Origin: Acidobacteriota bacterium
Lineage (GTDB): Bacteria; Acidobacteriota; UBA6911
DNA length: 64,000 nt
Direction of reading: 5' to 3'
Assembly (NCBI GenBank): GCA_963664705.1
Contig: OY761556.1
Coordinates: 5,408,001-5,472,000, forward strand
In this document: positions 1 to 11,310 of the stretch, one piece after another
Position numbering within the stretch: position 1 is the stretch's first letter
Layout of the letters: each line of letters starts with the position of its first letter
Position numbers and translations under genes: made by a program
The notes under the pieces: model-generated
What the model was told of the DNA's origin: nothing
What the model saw: only the letters and a program-made list of their open reading frames with translations
The model's database searches: none

Positions 1-104
1 CAAATCTGCATCGTGCTCTGGGCCATCTTGGGGAAATTACCGGGGAGACCGGTGTTGAGGATTTATTAGGCGCTATCTTTTCTCAATTCTGTATTGGGAA
101 ATAG
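1..104 (+). CDS. mnmE: tRNA modification GTPase MnmE/TrmE, 3' end (partial)
   Basis: Not in the ORF track. The frame from nt 3 reads [33 protein letters not shown] (TAG 102-104). FCIGK is the MnmE C-terminal signature, and the gene lies directly upstream of mnmG. Confidence 0.95.
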   Translation, partial: NLHRALGHLGEITGETGVEDLLGAIFSQFCIGK

Positions 105-170
105 AAAGGCCGGGGCTGGTAAAGCCCGAATTGAAGGTTGATGGGACCGGTTGGAGAGAGGAATACGGCA

Positions 171-2078
171 TTGTCTGATTTTGCAGAAAGATTCGACGTC
201 ATTGTAGTCGGAGGGGGACACGCCGGCTGTGAGGCCGCGGTTGCCAGCGCCCGCATGGGGGCAAACACTTTGCTTTGCTCCATGGATTCCGCTCTGCTGG
301 CACAGATGTCCTGTAACCCGGCTATTGGCGGCATCGCCAAAGGGCATCTGGTTCGTGAAATTGATGCGCTGGGCGGAATCATGGGCGAAGCAGCGGATAA
401 AACAGGAATTCAATTCCGACTTTTAAACGCGAGCCGCGGACCTGCAGTTCAGGCACCCAGATGCCAATCCGATAAGAGTAGATATCGCAATGAGATACGA
501 AAAATAGTTGACGAACAGTCGAACTTGACGCTGCGACAATGCGAAGTGGTTGAGCTGATTGTTGAGAAGAATTGTATAAATGGGGTTGTGCTTCAGGATG
601 GTAGCAGGATTCGGGCGGTTGCGGTCATTTTGACAACGGGAACTTTTTTAAATGGGTTGATCCATATTGGGAGCCAGCATCATGCCGCAGGAAGGATCGG
701 AGAGCTTCCGGCGATCCCGCTATCCAATTGTTTGAAGTCACTGGGATTTAAGGTCGGTCGGCTCAAAACCGGGACTCCTCCGCGTCTCGACCGTAATAGC
801 ATTGATTATGGGCCGTTTGAAGAGCAGAAGGGAGATTCGTCTCCGACATTTTTCTCTTTGCGCACAAGAACATACTCACTGCCGCAGATTTCCTGCTTTC
901 TGGCATACACCGATGAGAAGCTCCATGCTATCATCCGGTCAAATATAAATAAATCAGCACTATACGGCGGATATATTACGGGTATTGGCCCTCGCTACTG
1001 TCCCAGCGTCGAGGATAAGATTGTAAAGTTCCCCAATCGGGACCGTCACCAGATATTCCTGGAGCCGGAAGGGCTCGATTCAGAAGAGATCTACGTCAAC
1101 GGCATGTCCACAAGCATGCCGCTCGAGGTTCAGCAGGAGATGGTGCGATCGCTGCGCGGGCTCGAAAATGCGCGCATACTCAGACCTGGTTATGCCATTG
1201 AATATGATTTTGTCGATCCCACCGAGTTGAGTGGCTCGCTGGAAACTCGAAAAGTATCGGGATTATTTCACGCGGGGCAAATCAATGGGACCACTGGATA
1301 CGAAGAAGCCGCTGCCCAGGGTTTGGTAGCGGGCATCAATGCGGCATTAAAGGCCCAAGGGAAGGATCCGGTTTTTTTCCCAAGAGAGGAAAGCTATATA
1401 GGGATCATGGTCGACGACCTGGTTACCAGGGGCATCGATGAGCCCTACCGCATGTTTACCTCCCGATCCGAACTGCGGCTTTTGTTGCGGATTGATAATG
1501 CGGACCGGCGGCTAAGACCTTTGGGGTATCGCTTGGGCCTGGTTTCCGAAGCAGAATACGCCGAATTTGTCCAAAAGTACGAGAATGTGGAAAAGCTGCG
1601 GAAATTCCTGCGGAATCATCGATGGCACCCCGCGGAGGTGCCCTGCCCCGGGCTTCCGGGAAAGCTCGATGTGGAATCGGTAAAAGGATGCACCCTGGAG
1701 GAGTTGCTCCGGCGTCCTGGCATCGACCTGGCTGATTTCGATCCGGTTTTGCGTATGCATGCCGCGAATCCGGAAGCGCCGGAGGTGAAGCGTTCCGTCG
1801 AAATCGAGGTTCGTTACGAGGGATATATCCAGCAGCAGTTGAAGGATGCTGAAAAGCTTCGGCGTATGAGCGCGCGCCGGATCCCGGAGGATTTTGATTA
1901 TTCCAGAATTGACGGGCTGAACAGAGAAATGAAGGAAAAGCTCAGCCGGGTGCGTCCTAGAGATCTGGGGATGGCCGGCCGCATACCGGGTATCACTCCA
2001 GCCGCTGTTTCTATTTTAAATGTTCAACTTGAAATCATGCAGTCTGCCCGTAAACAGTTGATTCCAAGGGAAGAATAG
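171..2078 (+). CDS. mnmG: tRNA uridine-5-carboxymethylaminomethyl(34) synthesis enzyme MnmG/GidA
   Basis: Motifs VVGGGHAGCEAA, SCNPAIGGIAKG, GPRYCPSVEDK and GQINGTTGYEEAAAQG. Start placed at the in-frame TTG 171 after a GAGAGG RBS (ORF track starts at 138). Confidence 0.97.
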   Translation: MSDFAERFDVIVVGGGHAGCEAAVASARMGANTLLCSMDSALLAQMSCNPAIGGIAKGHLVREIDALGGIMGEAADKTGIQFRLLNASRGPAVQAPRCQSDKSRYRNEIRKIVDEQSNLTLRQCEVVELIVEKNCINGVVLQDGSRIRAVAVILTTGTFLNGLIHIGSQHHAAGRIGELPAIPLSNCLKSLGFKVGRLKTGTPPRLDRNSIDYGPFEEQKGDSSPTFFSLRTRTYSLPQISCFLAYTDEKLHAIIRSNINKSALYGGYITGIGPRYCPSVEDKIVKFPNRDRHQIFLEPEGLDSEEIYVNGMSTSMPLEVQQEMVRSLRGLENARILRPGYAIEYDFVDPTELSGSLETRKVSGLFHAGQINGTTGYEEAAAQGLVAGINAALKAQGKDPVFFPREESYIGIMVDDLVTRGIDEPYRMFTSRSELRLLLRIDNADRRLRPLGYRLGLVSEAEYAEFVQKYENVEKLRKFLRNHRWHPAEVPCPGLPGKLDVESVKGCTLEELLRRPGIDLADFDPVLRMHAANPEAPEVKRSVEIEVRYEGYIQQQLKDAEKLRRMSARRIPEDFDYSRIDGLNREMKEKLSRVRPRDLGMAGRIPGITPAAVSILNVQLEIMQSARKQLIPREE

Positions 2079-2080
2079 AC

Positions 2081-2722
2081 ATGGAATCAAAGGTAGGCCT
2101 GAGACAGCTACTGGAGGAATGGGAAATCCCCGGGGATAGCGCATGTGCCTTGAAACTTGAACTGTACCTTGCGCTTCTCACCAAATGGAACGCACGCATC
2201 AATCTTACCGCCAGCACGGAATGGCATGTGCTTGGACCGATGTTTCGGGAGGCCATCTGGGCCGCGCAAGTATATCCGCGTGAATCTATCGCCCATCTGG
2301 ATATAGGCAGCGGTGCCGGATTCCCTGCTCTGCTGCTAAAAATGTTGATTCCGCGTCTGCAACTCGAGCTGGTTGAAAGCCGGGAACGGAAAAGCCAGTT
2401 TCTGGAGACTGCGGCAAGCCACCTTGGGTTGGACAATGTAAAGGTTCGGCAGGCAAGGCTGTCCGACTATTTGCACCAGTGTCCCGTCGACAGGAGATGG
2501 GACTGCATCAGCTGGAAGGCATTGAAGCTGGCTGCGGAGGACCTCCGGCAACTGCATGATCGAAGGCTGGCCGGGACGCAATTCTGGATGTTTCATGGGA
2601 AAGAGCCGGCGTTGGAGAGTGCAGAGGCGCTGCAGATGTTTCGTCTTGAGCGGAAAGAGCGGATTCCCGGCATGAAGGAATCCTATCTGTCGATGTATCG
2701 CGCGGTTTCTTTGGTTCCATAA
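2081..2722 (+). CDS. rsmG: 16S rRNA (guanine(527)-N7)-methyltransferase RsmG/GidB
   Basis: KWNARINLTA and the SAM-binding motif LDIGSGAGFP; canonical position after mnmG. Confidence 0.92.
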   Translation: MESKVGLRQLLEEWEIPGDSACALKLELYLALLTKWNARINLTASTEWHVLGPMFREAIWAAQVYPRESIAHLDIGSGAGFPALLLKMLIPRLQLELVESRERKSQFLETAASHLGLDNVKVRQARLSDYLHQCPVDRRWDCISWKALKLAAEDLRQLHDRRLAGTQFWMFHGKEPALESAEALQMFRLERKERIPGMKESYLSMYRAVSLVP

Positions 2723-2726
2723 GAAG

Positions 2727-2742
2727 TGTTTCACGTGAAACA
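2727..2742. promoter_or_regulatory. parS centromere-like site 1
   Basis: Perfect 16-bp palindrome TGTTTCACGTGAAACA, matching the established parS consensus. Confidence 0.95.
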
Positions 2743-2766
2743 TTCTCCGTGGAGCTAAAAATCCGA

Positions 2767-2782
2767 TGTTTCACGTGAAACA
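2767..2782. promoter_or_regulatory. parS centromere-like site 2
   Basis: Second perfect TGTTTCACGTGAAACA, starting 40 bp after the first and lying upstream of parA. Confidence 0.95.
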
Positions 2783-2909
2783 ATGGCCGATCGGAACTTT
2801 ACGCCCAGGGGAAGAGAATTCTGTGTGTTCCGTTACTGTACTTTTTATGTCGGTGGTCCACTAACTACTAACTATTGGCGCGATTCTGTGGTACTCTCGC
2901 GCAATTCAC

Positions 2910-3686
2910 ATGGCAAAAATCATTGCAGTCACAAATCAAAAGGGTGGCGTCGGCAAAACGACGACGGCAATCAATCTTGCGGCTGCACTCGCGATCGCGG
3001 AAATGCGGGTGCTGGTCATCGATACGGATGCGCAGGCCAATTGCAGCAGCGGATTGGGTGTTGTAAAGGGGTCTTTAAAGAAAACCCTCTACGATTCCCT
3101 TATTCAAGATGAACCGCTGATGGAGGTTATGCGGGATACGGAGCTCGATAACCTGAAGCTGATTCCCGCGGATAAAAGTCTCACGGGAGCCGTCGTTGAG
3201 ATGCTGGATATGGAGAACCGTGAGTATCTTCTGAAGCGGCTTCTCGAACCGGTATTGGAGCGATTTGATTTTGTCCTTATCGACAGCCCGCCATCCCTGA
3301 ATATTTTGACCCTGAACGGGCTGGTTGCTGCCGATTCCGTCCTTGTCCCCATCCAATGTGAATATTTTGCACTGGAAGGGCTCACCGATCTATTCGATAC
3401 CCTGGCGCGGGTCCGCCGGGCGTTTAATCCCAACCTCGGCGTTTCGGGGATTCTCCTGACCATGTTTGATGAGAGGACAAACCTGAGCAGCCAGGTGCGA
3501 GATGACCTGATTCGGCACTTCTCAAATAAAGTGCTTCAGACCGTGATTCCCCGCAACGTACGGCTGGCAGAAGCTCCCAGTTACGGCAAGCCTGCCCTCC
3601 TTTATGATATCCGGTCCAAAGGCGCCGAAAGCTATATTCGGCTGGCAAAGGAAATTCTGAGTTATGAAAAAAAAGGCGTTGGGTAG
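2910..3686 (+). CDS. parA: Chromosome partitioning ATPase ParA/Soj
   Basis: Deviant Walker A NQKGGVGKTT, plus IDSPPSL, PIQCEYFALEG and IPRNVRLAEAPSYG. Confidence 0.96.
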   Translation: MAKIIAVTNQKGGVGKTTTAINLAAALAIAEMRVLVIDTDAQANCSSGLGVVKGSLKKTLYDSLIQDEPLMEVMRDTELDNLKLIPADKSLTGAVVEMLDMENREYLLKRLLEPVLERFDFVLIDSPPSLNILTLNGLVAADSVLVPIQCEYFALEGLTDLFDTLARVRRAFNPNLGVSGILLTMFDERTNLSSQVRDDLIRHFSNKVLQTVIPRNVRLAEAPSYGKPALLYDIRSKGAESYIRLAKEILSYEKKGVG

Positions 3687-4515
3687 AGGACTCGAGGCGC
3701 TGATTCCGGAACCGGAGGTAATGAAACCGGAGCCGTCGACCAGCGAGATCGATATTGATCAGATTTCCCCAAATCCAAGTCAGCCCCGGCTGAGATTCGA
3801 TGAGGGCCATCTCAACGAATTGGCGGTATCCATCAAGGAAAACGGCATTTTGCAACCCGTTCTTGTGCGCCCGTTTGGCAGCGGGTATCAGCTCATCGCA
3901 GGTGAACGGCGTCTTTCAGCTGCCCAGCGGGCAGGACTGCTGAAAGTCCCGGCGGTTATTCGCGATGTCCCGGATGACCGCATTCTCGAGCTTGCCTTGG
4001 TGGAAAATATCCAAAGAGAACCCCTGAATCCGATGGAAGAAGCCCAGGCTTATCAGCACCTCATCGATTTGACCCAGGAAACCCAGGAACAGGTTTCCGA
4101 GCGCCTTGGCAAAGATCGCAGCACCATTGCCAATTCCTTGCGACTCCTGAAACTCCCCCCCGCCGTCAAGCTTCTGGTTGCCGATGGGAAGCTCTCTCCC
4201 GGACATGCGCGCGCACTCCTGGCCTCCAATGCAACGCCCAGTGAAATGGCAAAGGTTGCCAACCTCATCATTGAGAAAGGCTGGTCGGTACGCGAAGCTG
4301 AACGCTGGGCAAAAAATCAGTCCCGACTCCCAAGCTTGCCCAAACCACCGGATCCCAACGAGGCGGCCGCCTCCGATCAATTGCGACTTGCCCTGGGAAC
4401 AAAAGTGGAAATTATCTCTAAACCAAAGAATTCAGGAGAGATACGTATTCACTACTACGGGCAGGAAGAGCTGATGCGGCTCTTCGGCGTTTTAACCGGA
4501 AACCAGAAAGGCTAA
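3664..4515 (+). CDS. parB: Chromosome partitioning protein ParB/Spo0J
   Basis: N-terminal ALGRGLEALI, NPSQPR, GERR box, ENIQRE and HTH GKDRSTIANSLRLL; overlaps parA. Confidence 0.96.
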   Translation: MKKKALGRGLEALIPEPEVMKPEPSTSEIDIDQISPNPSQPRLRFDEGHLNELAVSIKENGILQPVLVRPFGSGYQLIAGERRLSAAQRAGLLKVPAVIRDVPDDRILELALVENIQREPLNPMEEAQAYQHLIDLTQETQEQVSERLGKDRSTIANSLRLLKLPPAVKLLVADGKLSPGHARALLASNATPSEMAKVANLIIEKGWSVREAERWAKNQSRLPSLPKPPDPNEAAASDQLRLALGTKVEIISKPKNSGEIRIHYYGQEELMRLFGVLTGNQKG

Positions 4516-4532
4516 TCCAACGGAGTCAAGTC

Positions 4533-4940
4533 ATGCAATTTAAGAAAGGAAAAGCGGAAGACGAAATCGTTAGCCATCTGGGTGAAGGAACAGAATTGAA
4601 TGGAGAACTGACCTTTACTCACGGGTTGCGAGTTGACGGAGTCGTCAAAGGAAAAGTCAAATCGGAAGCTATTCTGGAGATCGGACCCTCCGGCAAGGTT
4701 GATGCGGAAATAGAGGTTAGAAAGATCCTGATCCGTGGAGAATTTCGCGGCGCTATCCATGCCTTCGATCGCGTGGAGATACTGAAAGACGGCAAGGTCT
4801 TCGGAGATATCTACTCCCCTTGCCTCATTATTGAAGCCGGCGCGTTGTTTGAAGGGCGCTGCAACATGCTGGAGCAGACAAAAAACAGGCAGAATACAGC
4901 CCCGGCCAAAAGCCAGGAAAATGCTCCGAAGGAACTCTGA
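4533..4940 (+). CDS. Bactofilin (polymer-forming cytoskeletal protein, DUF583)
   Basis: Beta-helical repeats LGEGTELNGEL / LRVDGVVKGKV / IRGEFRGAI / GKVFGDI and the terminal IEAGALFEGRCNM. Confidence 0.92.
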   Translation: MQFKKGKAEDEIVSHLGEGTELNGELTFTHGLRVDGVVKGKVKSEAILEIGPSGKVDAEIEVRKILIRGEFRGAIHAFDRVEILKDGKVFGDIYSPCLIIEAGALFEGRCNMLEQTKNRQNTAPAKSQENAPKEL

Positions 4941-4960
4941 CCGAAGCCAAAACCCAGCGG

Positions 4961-5242
4961 CTAATGGGAGTCTTCTGCTGATATCTTTAATGATTTCAAG
5001 AATTTAGCGTCTTCGTGCGTGATGCGTAGCCGCACAGGTTCCCCAGGATTCGCCGCAGGGGCAGCTTCCTCTTCCCCGTCCTTGCGACTAAACCCGATCT
5101 TGGCCTCAATAACCAGGAATACTTCATAGCCCGCATCTTTGATTTCCTGGATGCGCTCATTGATCTTCGGCGAATCCGCCAATGTCTCATTGATGGTTTC
5201 TCCAAGATGCTTCATGAGACGCTTGATTTCAGCTTCCGGCAT
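4961..5242 (-). CDS. Hypothetical protein (93 aa)
   Basis: GGAGAAG RBS upstream of the ATG; protein-like composition; fills the gap convergent with the bactofilin gene. Function not recognised. Confidence 0.8.
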   Translation of the reverse strand: MPEAEIKRLMKHLGETINETLADSPKINERIQEIKDAGYEVFLVIEAKIGFSRKDGEEEAAPAANPGEPVRLRITHEDAKFLKSLKISAEDSH

Positions 5243-5466
5243 TTATCTTCTCCAAGCTTTCCTGTACGTCAATTCAATTGTACCCTGCCGTCCAAACGGA
5301 TGCAATTCCACGGGCGAATTCCGCATCAACGGCGAAAAACAGAGCAAGACGGAGTCGTTCCCGGGGGCAACATGGAATCTGCCTGTCTACATAGGTTGCA
5401 TTCCGATAATTCGCTGCCAGCTTGAGCCCGTGATCCTTGATTCCTCAAATCTTTTGCGCTGAAATA

Positions 5467-5493
5467 TGAAACCTTTCGTCCGGAGAACTCGTA
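5467..5493 (+). promoter_or_regulatory. Putative ECF sigma-factor promoter for the macA/macB-like genes
   Basis: TGAAAC-N17-CGTA about 30 bp upstream of the start codon, resembling SigW/SigM-type ECF promoters. Confidence 0.55.
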
Positions 5494-5523
5494 GTATTCG
5501 TCATTGCCCCAATGGAGGTGTGG

Positions 5524-6984
5524 ATGAGCAAGGGGAAAAAAGTTTGGATGATTGTCGGCGGTGTTGTGCTGCTTGTGGGTATTATTGGTGTCAGCATCAA
5601 TTCCAGTCGAAAAAATGTCGTTAGCGTTCAGGCCGCAAAAGTGCAGCGCAAAGCGCTGTTGACTTCAAAGGTCTCGGCCAGTGGTCAGATTCGTGCCAAA
5701 AAATCGATCGATCTCCAGTCAGAGGTCCAGGGAATCATCACTGAGCTTCCCGTCCATGAAGGGGACTCCGTGAAAAAGGGGCAGGTTCTCCTCCATATCG
5801 ATCCAAAACAGACCAATGCCGATCTGGAAGTGGCCAACGCTCAATATGAGCAGGCCTCGGCACAGGCACGCGCACAGGAGTTTGAAATCTCCAATTCGGA
5901 AGTCCAGCTCATGCGTGAAGAGGCTTCCCTGAAATCAGCCCAGGCGCAGCTCCAGAGGGATCAGGACAATTTGCAGCGGGTTCAAAGCAATTTTAAGCGC
6001 CAGCAACAGCTGCATGAGGATGGCTTGATTTCGCACGATGACTACGAAGAAGCCCAGAACAAGCTGAAATCGGCGAAAGCCGCCCTGACCATGCAGCAGA
6101 GCAGCGTATCCCAGGCAGAAGAGCAGCTCCGTGTCGCCAGGAACAATATTGCCAAGATGAAAAATCAGCTGACATCGAGTCAGGCGTCCGCCAAATCGAG
6201 CGCTGCGAATCTTGCCAAGCAGAAGGATCAATCCGGCAAATCCAGGATCGTATCGCCACTGGATGGTGTCATCACACAGCTGAAAAAAGAAACCGGTGAA
6301 CGAGCCGTTCCCGGCATGATGACAAGCCCTGAAGCGACCATTATGACGATTGCCGACCTGAGTGTCATTCAGGCCGAACTCAAAGTGGACGAAACCGATG
6401 TCGTCAATCTGTCACTGGGCGATATAACCGAGGTGAAAGTAGATGCCATTCCGGATACCGTCTTCGAAGGCGAAGTAACCGAAATTGGGAACAGCCCGAT
6501 CAACGCATCAACAACCTCTCAGGAGGCGAAGGATTTCAAGGTCATCATTACCCTGAAAAATCCTTCTTCGAAACTCAGGCCCGGTATGTCCTGTACCGGA
6601 GACATTACGACCGATACCAAAAAAGATGTGTTGACAATACCGATCCAGGCGTTGACAGTTCGTGATGTTGAAGTAGATAAAAATGGGGTCTATCATCAGC
6701 CGGATCTGGAAAATAAAAGCAAAGGTTCGGTTGCCCGGGCGGATACCACCAAAGACAAAGCCCAGAAGAAGGAGCTTGAAGGGGTATTCGTAATCAATGA
6801 GAATAAGGTCGCCCGCTTCAGGGCGGTCAAAACAGGGATCTCGGGGGAATCTGAGATTGAAATCTTGGATAATCTGAAGGAAAACGAAGAAATAATCTCG
6901 GGCAGTTTCCAGACACTGCGGACGATCAAAGATGGAGCGACCGTAAAAATCGAGGCGGCCAATAAGTCCGAGAAGAAAAGCTAG
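5524..6984 (+). CDS. Efflux periplasmic adaptor subunit (MacA/HlyD family)
   Basis: N-terminal TM helix, lipoyl half [14 protein letters not shown], long coiled coil, SPLDGVI, VDETDV and LRPGMS. ATG 5524 follows GGAGGTG. Confidence 0.9.
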   Translation: MSKGKKVWMIVGGVVLLVGIIGVSINSSRKNVVSVQAAKVQRKALLTSKVSASGQIRAKKSIDLQSEVQGIITELPVHEGDSVKKGQVLLHIDPKQTNADLEVANAQYEQASAQARAQEFEISNSEVQLMREEASLKSAQAQLQRDQDNLQRVQSNFKRQQQLHEDGLISHDDYEEAQNKLKSAKAALTMQQSSVSQAEEQLRVARNNIAKMKNQLTSSQASAKSSAANLAKQKDQSGKSRIVSPLDGVITQLKKETGERAVPGMMTSPEATIMTIADLSVIQAELKVDETDVVNLSLGDITEVKVDAIPDTVFEGEVTEIGNSPINASTTSQEAKDFKVIITLKNPSSKLRPGMSCTGDITTDTKKDVLTIPIQALTVRDVEVDKNGVYHQPDLENKSKGSVARADTTKDKAQKKELEGVFVINENKVARFRAVKTGISGESEIEILDNLKENEEIISGSFQTLRTIKDGATVKIEAANKSEKKS

Positions 6985-7004
6985 CAGGCTTTTGGGAGAG
7001 TATC

Positions 7005-7730
7005 ATGAGCGGAACCAACGGAAATAGTGCAAGTGCCGATAACAATGTTCTGATGGAAATCGAGGACCTCTGGAAAACCTACCAGATGGGGACCGAGGAA
7101 ATTCATGCGTTGCGGGGCGTATCCTTTCAAATCATGCGTGGATCGTATGTGGCCATCATGGGTCCCTCCGGATCCGGTAAATCCACACTCATGAACCTGA
7201 TTGGTTGCCTTGATACCCCCTCCAAAGGGAAATATTATCTGAATACACGGCTGGTTTCGGAAATGGATGACGATGAATTAGCGCATATCCGAAACAAGGA
7301 AATAGGATTTGTGTTTCAGACATTCAACCTGTTGCCGAGAGCAACAGCTCTGCACAACGTGGAGCTTCCGCTCATCTACAATGGGACGCCGGCGTCCGAA
7401 AGAAAAGAGCGCGCCGTCAAGGCTCTCCAGGCGGTTGAATTGGGAGAGCGCCTTTACCACCGTCCCAACGAACTGTCGGGTGGTCAACGGCAGAGAGTCG
7501 CCATTGCACGCGCGCTGGTGAACAATCCCTCGCTGATCCTGGCGGACGAGCCGACCGGAAACCTGGACTCGCAAACCAGCAATGAAATCATGACGTTGTT
7601 TGACGAGTTGCATACGCGCGGGAACACGATCATCCTGGTGACGCATGAGCCCGATATCGCCACACACGCCCATCGAGTCATCCGTCTTCTTGACGGCAAG
7701 ATCAACATCGATGAAGTGACCAAAAAATAA
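7005..7730 (+). CDS. ABC transporter ATP-binding protein (MacB/LolD family)
   Basis: [44 protein letters not shown] and VTHE. Confidence 0.95.
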   Translation: MSGTNGNSASADNNVLMEIEDLWKTYQMGTEEIHALRGVSFQIMRGSYVAIMGPSGSGKSTLMNLIGCLDTPSKGKYYLNTRLVSEMDDDELAHIRNKEIGFVFQTFNLLPRATALHNVELPLIYNGTPASERKERAVKALQAVELGERLYHRPNELSGGQRQRVAIARALVNNPSLILADEPTGNLDSQTSNEIMTLFDELHTRGNTIILVTHEPDIATHAHRVIRLLDGKINIDEVTKK

Positions 7731-7738
7731 GGACTATA

Positions 7739-7768
7739 CGGCCGCCGAGCGATATCAATCGGCGGCCG
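7739..7768. terminator. GC-rich hairpin between convergent genes
   Basis: 10-bp stem CGGCCGCCGA ... TCGGCGGCCG overlapping the oppF-like stop; no U-tract. Confidence 0.45.
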
Positions 7769-8720
7769 CTACCCGCCTATCCCCATTCTCGTATAGAAAA
7801 CAAGCCACCAGCCACTCCGGTTCCAACTCCTTCAGCAGCGGGATCCGGTTCCTGCAGATATCCATTCTCCGTGGACAATTGGAATAAAAGACACACCCGA
7901 TGCCGCCCGCGTCGTCCATCCTAGCCGGATTCTGCACGATTCTGCAGGATGCGGCCGAACCAGGCGCATCCAAAACCGGCATCGATTCCAGGAGAATGCG
8001 GCTGTAGGGGTGTTTCGCCCCTGCAAAAAAGCTCTGTGCCGGCGCTTCCTCCACAATGCGCCCGCCGTACATGACCGATACCTGGGTGCACAGATAGTGA
8101 ATTGCATAAAGCGAATGTGAAATCAGGACCAGGGTCAGGTCATACTGCCTTTTCAGATCGGAAAGAAGATTCAATATCTGTGCCTGTACCGAGACATCGA
8201 GCGCCGATACCGGCTCATCCGCAACCAGCAGCCGCGGCTTCAAAGCCAGGGCGCGGGCAATCCCTACCCGCTGCTGCTGCCCTCCGCTGAGTTCGCCCGG
8301 CCTTCGATTCATCCAGGCGCTATCGAGTGAAACCGAATCGATCAGTTCCAGCAGCCGCCGCCGCTCTGCCAGCACGCCGATGGCGTGAATCTGCAAAGGC
8401 TCCAGCAGGATCTCTTCAATGGTCATCCGGGGATCCAGCGCCGCATAGGAGTCCTGGAAAACCATCTGGAATTCACTCCGCTTCCGTCTCAACTCGGCAG
8501 CCGATAAATCGGCCAGATTCTGCCCGTCAAAGATGCAGGTGCCGGCCGATGGCTGCAGAAGCCGCAAAGCGCAACGGGCAAGCGTGGTCTTCCCGGACCC
8601 GGATTCCCCGACCACGCCCCGAATTTCGCCCCGGGCCACCGTCATATCGACACAATCAACAATACGCCGCCCCCCGAGGTCCTTGCACAAGCCTTGAATC
8701 TGCAGCAGAGGAATATTCAT
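7755..8720 (-). CDS. Oligopeptide/dipeptide ABC transporter ATP-binding protein (OppF/DppF-like)
   Basis: GESGSGKTT, LSGGQQQR, ADEPVSALDVSVQAQILNLL, HPY motif and Cys-rich C-terminus. Confidence 0.92.
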   Translation of the reverse strand: MNIPLLQIQGLCKDLGGRRIVDCVDMTVARGEIRGVVGESGSGKTTLARCALRLLQPSAGTCIFDGQNLADLSAAELRRKRSEFQMVFQDSYAALDPRMTIEEILLEPLQIHAIGVLAERRRLLELIDSVSLDSAWMNRRPGELSGGQQQRVGIARALALKPRLLVADEPVSALDVSVQAQILNLLSDLKRQYDLTLVLISHSLYAIHYLCTQVSVMYGGRIVEEAPAQSFFAGAKHPYSRILLESMPVLDAPGSAASCRIVQNPARMDDAGGIGCVFYSNCPRRMDICRNRIPLLKELEPEWLVACFLYENGDRRVAAAD

Positions 8721-8767
8721 AGGAAATTAGAAATATGTTATTTAGCCAAAGAAGCGGTTGCCACCCC

Positions 8768-9775
8768 TCATTGTCCGCCGGCTGTCGCGTTAAAACACGC
8801 GGCCGCATGGGTAGCGGTGATGGTACATGCCGACGGCGTGGACTCCCGGCAGCGTGGATCCGCCAGAGAGCACCTGGGCGCGAAGGCGCATCCCGTGAAC
8901 TCCTGGCCGGCTCCAGGCAATGCTCCCGGGACTGGCGATAGACGATTGATTTCATGATGATGATTCAGCGACGGCTGACATCGGACCAGGTTCCTCGTGT
9001 AGGGATGTGCCGGCGCCCCCAGGATCACGCCCATGTCGCCAGATTCAACAATGCGTCCGCAGTACATGACACAGATCCGGTCGGAAACCTGTGCTATCAA
9101 AGGTAAATCGTGGCTGACCAGCAACAGGGATAGCCCATGCCGCTCCTTCATGCTTTGCAGCAGATCCAGGATCTGCGCCTGGATGGCCACGTCTATCGCG
9201 CTTGTCGGCTCATCGGCAATCAGGAGCCTGGGTTTGTTACAAACCGCAAGCGCAATGCCCGCACGCTGGCATGTCCCGCCCGAAAGCTCGAATGGATAAA
9301 GATTGCCCTGTGCCTCGGGAATGCCGACTTCTCGCAGAATATCGATTCCCCTATCCCGGGCGTCTCTGCGCGAAAGCTTCTGATGAGCCCGGATCGTCTC
9401 GATCATGTGATCCAGGATGGTGATCACCGGGTTCAGAGCACTTCGGGAGTCCTGGAAGACCATGCCGATTTCACGGCTTCGGAGCCGTTTCCATTCGCCC
9501 CGGGTAAGGGAATGAATCGCTCTGCCCTGGAAAAGGATCTCTCCGGACTGCACCGGGTGGTCGAGCAGTCCCAATACGGCGAGGGCAAGCGTCGACTTGC
9601 CGCTCCCCGTTTCTCCTACCAGCGAAAGTGTCTCCCCTTCGCAGATCTGCAACGATACGCCGCGCACGGCATGGATAGGGGCGGATGGAGTTGGGTAAGC
9701 GACCGAGAGATTGCGTACTTCAAGAACGCGGGGTGTAGTGCTGCGTTCTTCTCCCTCGGTCGATATTTTTGTCAT
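8768..9775 (-). CDS. Oligopeptide/dipeptide ABC transporter ATP-binding protein (OppD/DppD-like)
   Basis: GETGSGKST, YPFELSGG, ADEPTSAID, PAHPYT and GCAFAPRC. Confidence 0.92.
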   Translation of the reverse strand: MTKISTEGEERSTTPRVLEVRNLSVAYPTPSAPIHAVRGVSLQICEGETLSLVGETGSGKSTLALAVLGLLDHPVQSGEILFQGRAIHSLTRGEWKRLRSREIGMVFQDSRSALNPVITILDHMIETIRAHQKLSRRDARDRGIDILREVGIPEAQGNLYPFELSGGTCQRAGIALAVCNKPRLLIADEPTSAIDVAIQAQILDLLQSMKERHGLSLLLVSHDLPLIAQVSDRICVMYCGRIVESGDMGVILGAPAHPYTRNLVRCQPSLNHHHEINRLSPVPGALPGAGQEFTGCAFAPRCSLADPRCRESTPSACTITATHAAACFNATAGGQ

Positions 9776-9781
9776 GCATTC

Positions 9782-11071
<1,290 letters not shown>

Positions 11072-11261
11072 TTATACGATCGCTGATGATCAAAGCTGTA
11101 ACCCAGTTGTATAGCACAGGCTCTCATAATGGATCAAGAAACCTTGAATTTTGATAGCGGTCTGTTTCATTCTTAGTCAGGCTATGCCAAACTCCGGATT
11201 GTCTTTGGGCGGATTCGGGAAATAAGGAACTTGTCCCTAAAACTATGCGATTGGGCTAAAA

Positions 11262-11290
11262 TTGACAGCATTTGCGGGCTATGTTAGCTT
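11262..11290 (+). promoter_or_regulatory. Putative sigma70 promoter for the STAS gene
   Basis: TTGACA-N17-TAGCTT with an extended TG, about 20 bp upstream of ATG 11311. Confidence 0.55.
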
Positions 11291-11310
11291 CTCCTTGCAT
11301 TGGAGGCCCC

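Noticed and set aside
2336-2783. Two minus-strand ORFs starting MFHVKH
   Set aside because: MFHVKH is simply the translation of the parS palindrome, and the ORFs overlap rsmG antisense.
2722-2909. oriC within the rsmG-parA gap
   Set aside because: I saw no DnaA-box (TTATCCACA) cluster or DUE; only parS sites are present.
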